Source: Candidatus Altimarinota bacterium
GTDB lineage: Bacteria > Patescibacteriota > Gracilibacteria > Peribacterales > Peribacteraceae
NCBI GenBank assembly: GCA_963694385.1
Contig: CAVOCY010000001.1
Span: 2,186-66,185, forward strand
Reading direction: 5' to 3'
DNA length: 64,000 bases
Part shown: in pieces, positions 34,732-43,016 of the stretch
Position numbering within the stretch: position 1 is the stretch's first letter
Layout of the letters: the number at the start of each line of letters is the position of its first letter
Notes under the pieces: model-generated
The model's database searches: none
What the model was told of the DNA's origin: nothing
Seen by the model: the letters and a program-made list of their open reading frames with translations, nothing else
Translations under genes and position numbers: made by a program

Positions 34732-34816
34732 GGAAAGTGGAAAGTGGAAAGTGGAAAGTGGAAAAAGCTACAGTATATTAACTTGATTGTTTTCCGTTTT
34801 CCGTTTTCCACTTCTA
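34732..34816. repeat. (GGAAAGT)x4+1 / 22-nt loop / (GTTTTCC)x3+1 inverted heptamer arrays
   Basis: Read directly. Array B overlaps the stop of the TPM gene. Plus-strand RNA would pair fully using G.U wobbles, whereas minus-strand RNA would have A.C mismatches. Confidence 0.9.
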
Positions 34817-35722
34817 CCAACTACCACCTGCACCCCCACCACCAAAACCACCTCCACCAAAACCACCTCCTCCTCCAGAAGATCCTCCTCTGCCTCCTCC
34901 ACCTATCACCCATATACCTTCTCCACTTTTTTTCTTCTTCTTTTGCTTCTTTAAGAATTCGCGAAATGGCTTATGTTTAAGATAGAGCATAGAAGCGAGA
35001 AAATCTGTAAGTGCCCCGGCGGCTCCAAGAACAATCAGCCCTGTTATTCCTCCAAAGAAGAACCCAAACATCCCCCCAAGAAACCCTCCCTCCCACCATG
35101 ATCTACTTGGTGAAATTGTCAGAAGAACTCCGATAAAGAATTGGTAGAACATAAAGAAGAAGAACAATCCAAACACAGAAAGAATCATCCATAATGGAGT
35201 AGGCACTCCGTCAAGATTCTCTGATATTGATGTACTTGATACCTCGTACTCTCCTCCTATCTGACTTTTGAGTGCGGCCACTCCCGCAGTGATACCTCCA
35301 CTGTAATTCCCACTCTTAAACTCCGGAGTAATTTCTCTGTCGATGATCTGCTTTGCTGCAAGATCGGGTACTGCACCCTCGAGGCCGTATCCCACAGCAA
35401 TAAAAATCTTACGGTCTTCTATGGCGATCAGTAGAAGCAAGCCGTTATCGTTCTCCGCAGAACCGACGCCCCATTCTCGCCCTACTTCTACTGCAGTGTC
35501 TGCTATTACCTCACCATCAAGTGTATTGATGATGAGTATGGCGATCTCGTTACTGGTTTCACCTTTGTAATTTTGCAGATCGATCTCGAGGCTTCGTTCT
35601 TCGTTCGCAGAAAGAACACCTGCGATGTCTGTAACAAACCCGTCAGCTTCTGGCACATCAAACGCATAAGCGTTTGGGGTTAGGGTTAGGGTTAGGGTTA
35701 GGGCAAGGAAAAGAGTTCTCAT
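34814..35722 (-). CDS. TPM-domain (YgcG-like) membrane protein with a Gly-rich tail
   Basis: Signal peptide, then the TPM pattern (V.D.AGVLS..E...L...L....ET.NEIAI..INTLDG...WGVG...DNGLLLLIA...RK..I.VGYGLEG), TM helices and a GGGG-rich C-terminus. Confidence 0.85.
   Translation of the reverse strand: MRTLFLALTLTLTLTPNAYAFDVPEADGFVTDIAGVLSANEERSLEIDLQNYKGETSNEIAILIINTLDGEVIADTAVEVGREWGVGSAENDNGLLLLIAIEDRKIFIAVGYGLEGAVPDLAAKQIIDREITPEFKSGNYSGGITAGVAALKSQIGGEYEVSSTSISENLDGVPTPLWMILSVFGLFFFFMFYQFFIGVLLTISPSRSWWEGGFLGGMFGFFFGGITGLIVLGAAGALTDFLASMLYLKHKPFREFLKKQKKKKKSGEGIWVIGGGGRGGSSGGGGGFGGGGFGGGGAGGSW
35677..35703 (+). repeat. GGG(TTAGGG)x4 hexamer array (five G3 runs) on the template strand of the TPM gene
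   Basis: Read directly. It encodes LTLTLTLT in the signal-peptide region on the minus strand. Confidence 0.9.
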
Positions 35723-36276
35723 TCGAAGTTAACGACTGGAGCATCCTCGGCACCTTCCTGAGACTCAAAGAATTCTTCTGGTCCAAAGCCAAATACTTTC
35801 GCAAGAACGAACGCAGGGAACTGCTTTACGCGAACGTTATAGATACGAACGATCTCATTGTAGTCACGCCGAGAAACAGCAATGCGGTTTTCTGTTCCTT
35901 CGAGTTGAATCATTAAATCACGGTACGCTTGTGTCGCTTGTAGCGTTGGATAGTTCTCGAATGTAAGCATCAAACGTCCAAGTGCACCCTCCATGCCATT
36001 TGCAGCACTTACTTGCGCTGGCCTGCTGCCTGCGTTCATCCACTTAGTCCTTGCTTCTGTTACTTCGACAAAGGTGTCTTTCTCGAATGCAGCTGCACCT
36101 TTTACAGTAGAGACAAGATTAGGGATAAGATCGACACGCCTCTGATACTGCGTTTCTACTTGAGCCCAAGAACCATCGACTGCTTCGTGTGCTGCTACAA
36201 AACCGTTGTAGCCTGTCCACGCCCATCCAAGGATGAGGATAATGATGACAAGTGAGATGATGTGGGAGCGTTTCAT
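35719..36276 (-). CDS. lemA: LemA family protein
   Basis: Start at MKRSHIISL, a single TM helix, then the LemA pattern (YNGFV....V...W.QVE.QYQRR.DLIPNLV..VKG.A.FE...). It overlaps the TPM gene by 4 nt. Confidence 0.85.
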   Translation of the reverse strand: MKRSHIISLVIIILILGWAWTGYNGFVAAHEAVDGSWAQVETQYQRRVDLIPNLVSTVKGAAAFEKDTFVEVTEARTKWMNAGSRPAQVSAANGMEGALGRLMLTFENYPTLQATQAYRDLMIQLEGTENRIAVSRRDYNEIVRIYNVRVKQFPAFVLAKVFGFGPEEFFESQEGAEDAPVVNFE

Positions 36277-36287
36277 AGTAAAGAAAA

Positions 36288-36367
36288 GAATTATGAATGA
36301 AGTATTATGAATTATGAAAAGAAATGCACGCAAATCCTCGTAATTCTTAATTCTTAATTCTTAATTC
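36288..36367. repeat. (GAATTAT-like)x5 / loop / (TTAATTC)x4 inverted heptamer arrays
   Basis: GAATTAT GAATGAA GTATTAT GAATTAT GAAAAGA ... GTAATTC TTAATTC TTAATTC TTAATTC. Array B encodes the last codons of the DUF368 gene. Confidence 0.85.
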
Positions 36368-37228
36368 TCTTGCTGCGACAACTTCTATAACAATTACTAG
36401 CACTGCTCCTAGCGCCATAAATCCAACGACTTGTGCAGTGTCTCCATTCCAATCTGGAATCATGTTTTCTGTTCCTACTTTCCATGGCCAGATTTTTCTG
36501 AGGCTTCCAATCATCAGCCCTGTTAGAAGTGCGACAGTTAAATCGTGATACTTTGCAAAGAGCCATCCAAGTACCTGAGAGAAGAGGACCAAACCTACAA
36601 CAGCACCTATACCGATATATGCGATAGGGCCAACGTCACGATTGTTTACGGCAGAGAGTACAAACTCATACTTACCAAGAAGCACGAGAAGAAATGCACC
36701 AGATACTCCTGGGAGAATCATTGCGCAGATAGTAATAGCTCCACAGAGCACAAGGAACCATGCAGCATCTGGAGTCTGTACAGGCACTAGCCCAACGAGA
36801 ACATACGCAACGGCACATCCAAAGAGTAATGCGATGACGCGACGTGGAATCCATTTCTTTACACGTACGCCTACAACAAAGATTGAAGCAAATACTAATC
36901 CAAAGAAGAAACTCCATACGCGCGTTGGCTCTGTCTCGAGCAAATGCTCTAATGGAGAAGCAAGTAAAGCAGCAGCAAACAGAATTCCTGAGCCAACAGA
37001 AATAAGGAATCCCCATTTTGGGAGTGTAAATGCGTGATGAATTTTGCCGTGGACTATGTCTCGCCAAAATGCTTTCTTTCCGAAGAGGGCAATTGCATCA
37101 ATCAGCTCTTCGTATATTCCTAAAATAAACGCCATTGTTCCTCCGGAAACACCGGGGACAATGTCTGCAGCCCCCATACAGAAGCCACGAAGGAAGAGTC
37201 CGATCTGTCGACGTGCAATATGAATCAT
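36347..37228 (-). CDS. DUF368 family membrane protein (family recently implicated in undecaprenyl-phosphate translocation)
   Basis: GAADIVPGVSGGTMAFILGIYEELI near the N-terminus and a second PGVSGAF motif. It is polytopic. Confidence 0.8.
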   Translation of the reverse strand: MIHIARRQIGLFLRGFCMGAADIVPGVSGGTMAFILGIYEELIDAIALFGKKAFWRDIVHGKIHHAFTLPKWGFLISVGSGILFAAALLASPLEHLLETEPTRVWSFFFGLVFASIFVVGVRVKKWIPRRVIALLFGCAVAYVLVGLVPVQTPDAAWFLVLCGAITICAMILPGVSGAFLLVLLGKYEFVLSAVNNRDVGPIAYIGIGAVVGLVLFSQVLGWLFAKYHDLTVALLTGLMIGSLRKIWPWKVGTENMIPDWNGDTAQVVGFMALGAVLVIVIEVVAARELRIKN

Positions 37229-37269
37229 TGGAGGGATAGTACTAGAGTTTTTACTGTGTTTCTAGTGAT

Positions 37270-37347
37270 CGGTTGTCGGTTGTCGGTTGTCAGAATTCAG
37301 TAAAGATCAAATGTTACTGGCAACAAAGAACTGAAAACTGACAACTC
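37270..37347. repeat. (CGGTTGT)x3 / loop / (GCAACAA AGAACTG AAAACTG ACAACTC) inverted heptamer arrays
   Basis: Read directly. The 24-mer cggttgtcggttgtcggttgtcag is identical to 45721-45744. It lies in the divergent spacer upstream of the hsp20 gene. Confidence 0.85.
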
Positions 37348-37393
37348 GCATTGCCAGGAGGAATTTGCAGAAAAGCATGATTGTTCTGTACCA

Positions 37394-37864
37394 TTGAATG
37401 AAATGACCCCCTCACCCTTCCAAGGAATCTTCAGCGCGTTTGGACAAGAGCAGTCCACACAGACTACCGATGCACTACCGGTGCATGCGGAGAACAAGCC
37501 TGTGGAAGAGGCTGTTATTCGTCCAACAAGTACGCAAACGGGTCAGATTGCCGTAGATATTTATGAGCTTGATACGTACTACATTATTCGTGCTCCTATT
37601 GCTGGTGTAAAACTCAGTGACATTGATATCGAAGTAGATGACAAGGTATTGACCATTCGAGGAGCAAGAAACCCAAGTGATACCATCCCGCAAGACCAGT
37701 ACTACTTGCAGGAATGTTTCTGGGGAGATTTTGAACGCAGTATTACGCTACCGATCTCTATCGATCCTAAAAAAGTAAAAGCAACGTTCTCAAAAGATGC
37801 CATCTTGAAAGTGATCATCCCTAAAGAGGAGAAGGTGAAAATAGTTCGTATTAGTGAAGGATAG
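37394..37864 (+). CDS. Hsp20/alpha-crystallin small heat-shock protein
   Basis: Alpha-crystallin domain (AVDIYE.D.YYIIRAPIAGVK..DIDIEVDDKVLTIRG ... F.R.I.LP). The start is uncertain: TTG at 37394 or ATG at 37403. Confidence 0.85.
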   Translation: MNEMTPSPFQGIFSAFGQEQSTQTTDALPVHAENKPVEEAVIRPTSTQTGQIAVDIYELDTYYIIRAPIAGVKLSDIDIEVDDKVLTIRGARNPSDTIPQDQYYLQECFWGDFERSITLPISIDPKKVKATFSKDAILKVIIPKEEKVKIVRISEG

Positions 37865-37926
37865 AATATAAAGAAATCGAGGAAATCAACGAATTCCAGA
37901 AAATCGAGGATCCTTGTTTTCTTTGA

Positions 37927-38265
37927 TTACTTCGATTTCTTTTTCTGTGTCTTCTTCTTTGCTTTGCTCTTGACTACTTTCTTCACTGTCTTCTTCACTG
38001 CTACTGCCTTTCTCTTAGCAGGAGCTTTCTTCAGCTTTGCGTTTACCTCAGTTGGGATCAATTGCATGCTCTGCAAAACATCCTCTCCTCCCATAACCTG
38101 CCAGTCTACTTCTTTAAGAAGTGCTTTGAAATCTTTAAGAGTCTTCTGTGCGCTCTTTACTTTGTTAGCGTCCGTACTAGAGCCATCAAGAAAGTTCCAA
38201 AGTTCCACCTGCATAAGGTAGAGATTTTGTACTTTGTTCAGTGCTGTTTCTTTCTTGGTAGACAT
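37927..38265 (-). CDS. Small protein with a histone H1-like Lys/Ala-rich tail
   Basis: 112 aa. The C-terminus is KKAPAKRKAVAVKKTVKKVVKSKAKKKTQKKKSK. Confidence 0.55.
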   Translation of the reverse strand: MSTKKETALNKVQNLYLMQVELWNFLDGSSTDANKVKSAQKTLKDFKALLKEVDWQVMGGEDVLQSMQLIPTEVNAKLKKAPAKRKAVAVKKTVKKVVKSKAKKKTQKKKSK

Positions 38266-38505
38266 AATATTTGAAGTAGGAAAATCAGATCATTGTAGCT
38301 GAGATTGGCCAAGAGGTCAATTCTGATGCCTGATGAGGTGATTAATGGACGCGAACTTTACTGCATAAATCGTAAAAGCAAAGAAAAATTCGGGGTTTTT
38401 TGACTATTTTGGATCTTTTACACTATTTACCTATTTGTAAAACATCCGTTTTGTAGCAAAATTCACAATCTTTGGGGCAAAACATCTGATACACTTTCTC
38501 GCGAT

Positions 38506-39363
38506 ATGCCTATCACACAAGCAATATTACCGGTCGCAGGTCTTGGAACACGCTTTCTCCCGTGGACTAAATCTGTTCCTAAGGAGATGTTGCCTATTGG
38601 GAATCAACCAATTATCGCCAAGATTGTTGATGAATGTATAGATGCTGGAATCAAAGATATCTGCTTTGTAATCTCACAAGGCAAAGAAATGATCCCCCAA
38701 TACTTCTACGAAAATCCAGAACTCGAGGAGGAGCTTAAGAAGCGCGGAAAACTAGAACACTTAGGTCACCTCAAAAAATATGACAGTGCGGACTTTCATG
38801 TGGTCTATCAAAATGAATTACATGGAGATGGTCATGCTATTTTACAAGCTGCTGACTGGGTAAATAGCGATGCGGTTGCTGTACTCTTTGGTGATGACCT
38901 CTTTGTAGGAGGCAAATCCGGATTGCAACAATTGATAGATGCTCATAATGCTCTCACTGATGACGAGCAAGGAGCTCTAGTAGCTCTAGAGGCAATCGAC
39001 CCAGCAGATTCCAATCGTTACGGGATTGTTGATCCAGAAAAGAATCACGATACTATTTCTGGCTTGGTTTCTGTAAAAGGGCTTGTAGAAAAGCCAGAGT
39101 CTAACGATGCGCCAAGCAATCTTGGAATTGTAGGCCGTTATATCGTTCCTAAATCAACAATTGATGTCTTACCCAATATTGGCGCAAGTCATGGTGGAGA
39201 AATTCGTTTGATTGATGCATTGATCGAACAACTCGGAAGCATCCCTATACACGGACTGGAATGCGAAGGCACTCGTCTTGATACCGGCACACCAAAAGGA
39301 TACGCACATGCAGTACAGGTGCTGACGGATGTTGGATACGAACGAAATCGATCGGGATTGTAA
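38506..39363 (+). CDS. galU: UTP--glucose-1-phosphate uridylyltransferase
   Basis: AILPVAGLGTRFLPWTKSVPKEMLPI at the N-terminus. Confidence 0.9.
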   Translation: MPITQAILPVAGLGTRFLPWTKSVPKEMLPIGNQPIIAKIVDECIDAGIKDICFVISQGKEMIPQYFYENPELEEELKKRGKLEHLGHLKKYDSADFHVVYQNELHGDGHAILQAADWVNSDAVAVLFGDDLFVGGKSGLQQLIDAHNALTDDEQGALVALEAIDPADSNRYGIVDPEKNHDTISGLVSVKGLVEKPESNDAPSNLGIVGRYIVPKSTIDVLPNIGASHGGEIRLIDALIEQLGSIPIHGLECEGTRLDTGTPKGYAHAVQVLTDVGYERNRSGL

Positions 39364-39683
39364 TTACTCGGATCGGCATACTGCTCGATCATGCAAACAC
39401 CCTGACTGTTGTAATATAAACACCGCTGCGAATGGCTAGAATACGCATAGGAGAAACAACGTATCATGCATCTGCAAAGACAATCAAAATTTACTAGTGA
39501 TTCTTCTTACAGATTGAGAATCAATTTCTTAGAAACACTGATATGCCAATGGAGCACCTCTGTATTGGTTTCTCTGGTAAGAGAAGTTGCTACAGTAAGT
39601 ATCTGGGCTAGGGGGTGAGGTAAATTACTTTTCTCATTTCGCTATTCCTCTAACAACGAGTATACTTTTGCTTACCCTTCCAT

Positions 39684-40292
39684 ATGCAACGACCAATTTT
39701 ACTCGCTTCTGCGACAGTGCTTTCTCTACTATTTTCTTTTGCAATAGTAGATTCTGCTTACGCTACACCTGGAATGGACCCAAATGCTATTCGGAGAATG
39801 AGCCAGCGGAATTTCCGCAGGCCTGTTGGAGAAGCAGAACGCTACCGTCGTAATAAGAGGTCTCTGGAGCGCAGAAATATCGACCAATTTACAACTGGGT
39901 CTGGTTCTATCAATTCGTTTAAAAGAAGATCTGACTATCTTCGTGAGACTCAGCGAAGGCGCATCCAAGAAGACTTAGATAGCAGGGCATACAGTGGAAT
40001 ACGTAGAGTAACTCCACACTTCTGGGACCGTAAAAACCGCTCTTCGGATACAACGATTCGTCGTATTAACGAAGCAAGTCGCAGTGGTGGAATTCGTTTG
40101 CGACGTGGAACTGCATCATTACGACAGTTGCAGGGTATTACTTCTGAAGAAAAAGATGCGCGTATTAATGCTTACAGACAACAGGTACGTGAGGCTGAAA
40201 CAAAGCGCTATAACTTCACCTCTACAAATTGTGTAGAATTAAGTGGAAGGCGACAGGCACAATGCTGGTATGAATGGAGGAGGAGCAACTAG
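39684..40292 (+). CDS. Secreted Arg-rich protein, unknown function
   Basis: 202 aa with the signal peptide MQRPILLASATVLSLLFSFAIVDSAYA. It is very R-rich and overlaps the uvrB stop by 4 nt. Confidence 0.5.
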   Translation: MQRPILLASATVLSLLFSFAIVDSAYATPGMDPNAIRRMSQRNFRRPVGEAERYRRNKRSLERRNIDQFTTGSGSINSFKRRSDYLRETQRRRIQEDLDSRAYSGIRRVTPHFWDRKNRSSDTTIRRINEASRSGGIRLRRGTASLRQLQGITSEEKDARINAYRQQVREAETKRYNFTSTNCVELSGRRQAQCWYEWRRSN

Positions 40293-42271
40293 AGTTCTTT
40301 TTTGAGCATATCAATCTCATCTCGTAGATCTGCTGCTTTTTCGAACTCATAGTTCTGCGCTGCAAGTGCCATTTGGTTTTCCATCTCTTCTACCAAGCGC
40401 TTCTTTTCGTCTTTTGGAATCTTAGTGTGATCGCGCTTAGGTCGACGCAGCTCGAGAGCCTTCTCGCCGTCGGCGATATCGTGAATAGCTTTGATGATCG
40501 TCTTTGGAGTGATGCCGTGTTTTTTATTATGTGCATCTTGAATTTCTCTTCGGCGATCGGTTTCTTCGAGAGCTTGTTTTATGGCATCTGTTTCTTTATC
40601 GGCATACAGCGTGACGTGCCCGTTCACGTTACGTGCTGCACGACCAATGGTTTGGATCAGAGCATCACGTGAGCGAAGGAACCCTTGCTTATCTGCATCG
40701 AGGATGGCGATAAAACTTACCTCTGGCAGGTCGAGTCCTTCTCGTAACAAGTTGATACCTACAATGATATCAATCTGTCCGAGCCTGAGTAATCTGAGGA
40801 TCTCTATACGTTCGAAGGTATCGACATCACTGTGCAAGTAACGCACGGCATACCCTTGGTCTCGTAGATACTCATCCAGTTGCTCTGCGGACTTCTTGGT
40901 AAGTGTTGTAAGTAGCACACGCTCTCCACGATCGATCGTTTCGTTGATCTCTTTGGTGATGTCGTCGATCTGGTTCTTGGTAGGCTTTACCGTAACAATG
41001 GGGTCTAGGAGTCCTGTCGGGCGGATGATCTGCTCTACGATGAATTTCTTTTCCGTGTTTTTGTATTCATACTTTCCTGGCGTTGCAGAAACGTAGATCT
41101 TCTGATGTGTGCGCTGTTCGAATTCATCAAATTTAAGCGGACGGTTGTCTTGTGCACTTGGCAGGCGGAACCCGTATTCGATGAGAGTGTTTTTGCGAGA
41201 CCGGTTTCCCTCGTACATCCCACCCACTTGTGGCACAGAGATGTGTGACTCATCAATGAACATGAGAAAGTCATCGGGGAAGTAATCGAGCAATGTACTC
41301 GGTGGTACATCAGGCTTACCCTTGTTGCTTAAGTAGCGCATGTAGTTTTCGATTCCTGTACAATATCCCGTTTCGAGAAGCATCTCGAGGTCATACTCTG
41401 TGCGTGTCCTGATGCGCTCTGCTTTTCCGCGTTCTCCTGCATCTAGTAGTTGTTTTTCACGAATATCAAGATCGATTTTTATTCCTTCGATTGCTTGGTT
41501 GATCTTTTCTTTGGTGGTTACGTTGTGCGCAGCTGGGAAGACCGTAAATTTCTGAAGATCTGTTATCAGTTCGCCTGTAAAACTATCGACTTCCTGAATC
41601 GTTTCGATTTCATCGAAAGGCATTTCTACTCTAAACACCGTGTCTCCTCCTGGAGGGAAAATTTCTACTGTGTCACCCAGCACATGAAACTGTGACTGGC
41701 GGAACTCCATTCCACTACGGGTGTACTGAATATCAGTCAGTTGCCGAAGTAGCTTATCGCGCTGTAGCTTTTGGCCTCTCTCGAGCGTGATCGCTAGGGC
41801 TTCGTAGTCTGCCACATTACCAAGACCGTAAATACAGCTTACAGACGCGACAACAATTACATCTTTTCTCAAAAGAAGGTTATGCGTTGCTGCATGACGA
41901 TACTTGTTAATTTCATCATTGATCGAAGCATCTTTTTCGATGTACGTATCAGTCGATGGCATATAGGCCTCCGGTTGATAGTAATCGTAATACGAAACGA
42001 AGTAACTTACCGCGTTATCAGGGAAGAATGCTTGGAACTCGCTGCACAGCTGTGCGGCCAATGTCTTGTTGTGTGCAAGTACCAGAGTAGGTCTCTGCAG
42101 CTCTTGGACGATATTTGCAATGGTAAACGTCTTTCCTGTCCCTGTGGCTCCCAAAAGGATCTGATGCTTCTCTTTGGCCTTTATAGTGTCTAAAAGCTTT
42201 GCAATAGCCTCTGGCTGGTCACCAGCGGGTTTAAAATCAGATACGAGCCGGAAGGGAATATCTTTTGACAT
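40289..42271 (-). CDS. uvrB: Excinuclease ABC subunit B
   Basis: Start at MSKDIPFRLVSDFKPAGDQPEAI. Walker A is GATGTGKTF, and helicase motifs and a C-terminal UVR domain are present. TACAAT lies 8 nt upstream of this ATG. Confidence 0.95.
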   Translation of the reverse strand: MSKDIPFRLVSDFKPAGDQPEAIAKLLDTIKAKEKHQILLGATGTGKTFTIANIVQELQRPTLVLAHNKTLAAQLCSEFQAFFPDNAVSYFVSYYDYYQPEAYMPSTDTYIEKDASINDEINKYRHAATHNLLLRKDVIVVASVSCIYGLGNVADYEALAITLERGQKLQRDKLLRQLTDIQYTRSGMEFRQSQFHVLGDTVEIFPPGGDTVFRVEMPFDEIETIQEVDSFTGELITDLQKFTVFPAAHNVTTKEKINQAIEGIKIDLDIREKQLLDAGERGKAERIRTRTEYDLEMLLETGYCTGIENYMRYLSNKGKPDVPPSTLLDYFPDDFLMFIDESHISVPQVGGMYEGNRSRKNTLIEYGFRLPSAQDNRPLKFDEFEQRTHQKIYVSATPGKYEYKNTEKKFIVEQIIRPTGLLDPIVTVKPTKNQIDDITKEINETIDRGERVLLTTLTKKSAEQLDEYLRDQGYAVRYLHSDVDTFERIEILRLLRLGQIDIIVGINLLREGLDLPEVSFIAILDADKQGFLRSRDALIQTIGRAARNVNGHVTLYADKETDAIKQALEETDRRREIQDAHNKKHGITPKTIIKAIHDIADGEKALELRRPKRDHTKIPKDEKKRLVEEMENQMALAAQNYEFEKAADLRDEIDMLKKEL

Positions 42272-42324
42272 GTCGATGTATTGTACAGAGGCCTGATGTA
42301 TGATCAAATAGTCTACTCCCTTTT

Positions 42325-42948
42325 ATGATTAACGCAGAACACGACGATGACAGGCCTATTGCAAAAGATGCGCGTCAATTGCAAGAAGATGCACAAATTA
42401 ATGACATCAAAATGGATGCCTATGAAACCCTCAAGGACCAACTCTCTTCTGCTGATTTCAATAATCTATTTCCTTGTCAGTATAATGCAATAGAAGGCGC
42501 AAAAGCAGATGCCCCTGTTTCGAAGTTGTCATTAGATATGATACTTAAATTTGTTACTCCTGACAAAGAGAGTGATCCAGAACTTTATTATGTTATATCT
42601 CCAAGTATCGGGGTGCTGATTGAAAACAGCCCAGCGGAGTTTAGATCAGCAACGGGAGAGCGTAAGAGGATACAATGGGAAACGGAAACCGTAGATCCTA
42701 TAATATGCGCTAAAGTAATGGGTGAAATAGGAATGCGTCAGGAGAATCGTACTAATCTTGCAAACACACTTCTACTAGGCGCTGCACAGCAATTTCTTGA
42801 AGAGGCAGAAGTAAAAAAACATGATGAGGGATATGGTGCCATATTCGCCGAGCAAACACTGATTAAAGATGCTACAAGACGAGCCTATTGGCGTTTAACC
42901 CATACAGAACTACATGATGCTGATTGGTTGTCATCATTCATGCAATAA
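42325..42948 (+). CDS. Hypothetical protein (207 aa)
   Basis: An ORF fills an otherwise empty gap, and I recognise no motif. Confidence 0.45.
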   Translation: MINAEHDDDRPIAKDARQLQEDAQINDIKMDAYETLKDQLSSADFNNLFPCQYNAIEGAKADAPVSKLSLDMILKFVTPDKESDPELYYVISPSIGVLIENSPAEFRSATGERKRIQWETETVDPIICAKVMGEIGMRQENRTNLANTLLLGAAQQFLEEAEVKKHDEGYGAIFAEQTLIKDATRRAYWRLTHTELHDADWLSSFMQ

Positions 42949-43016
42949 CAGACCTCAAGCGAGAATGTACGATTGGTACTAGCCATAAGCGCCTTAAGTC
43001 CGATATCCTTTAAGGG

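Noticed and set aside
34732-34816. CRISPR array interpretation of the short repeat clusters
   Set aside because: The units are 7 nt with no spacers, the arrays are 20-35 nt long, and no cas genes are present. These are tandem micro-repeats, not CRISPR.
34708-34980. 90-aa plus-strand ORF (HHQNHLHQNHLLLQ...)
   Set aside because: It is made of the heptamer arrays plus the antisense of the Gly-rich TPM tail, and it has no coding support.
35677-35703. (TTAGGG)n as a genuine telomere or eukaryotic contamination
   Set aside because: The tract is only 27 nt. It sits in frame within a bacterial TPM gene and is flanked by typical bacterial genes on both sides.
39189-39467. 92-aa minus-strand ORF overlapping the galU 3' end and the following spacer
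   Set aside because: It has no motif, overlaps a well-supported gene, and its start lies in an AT-rich spacer without an SD.
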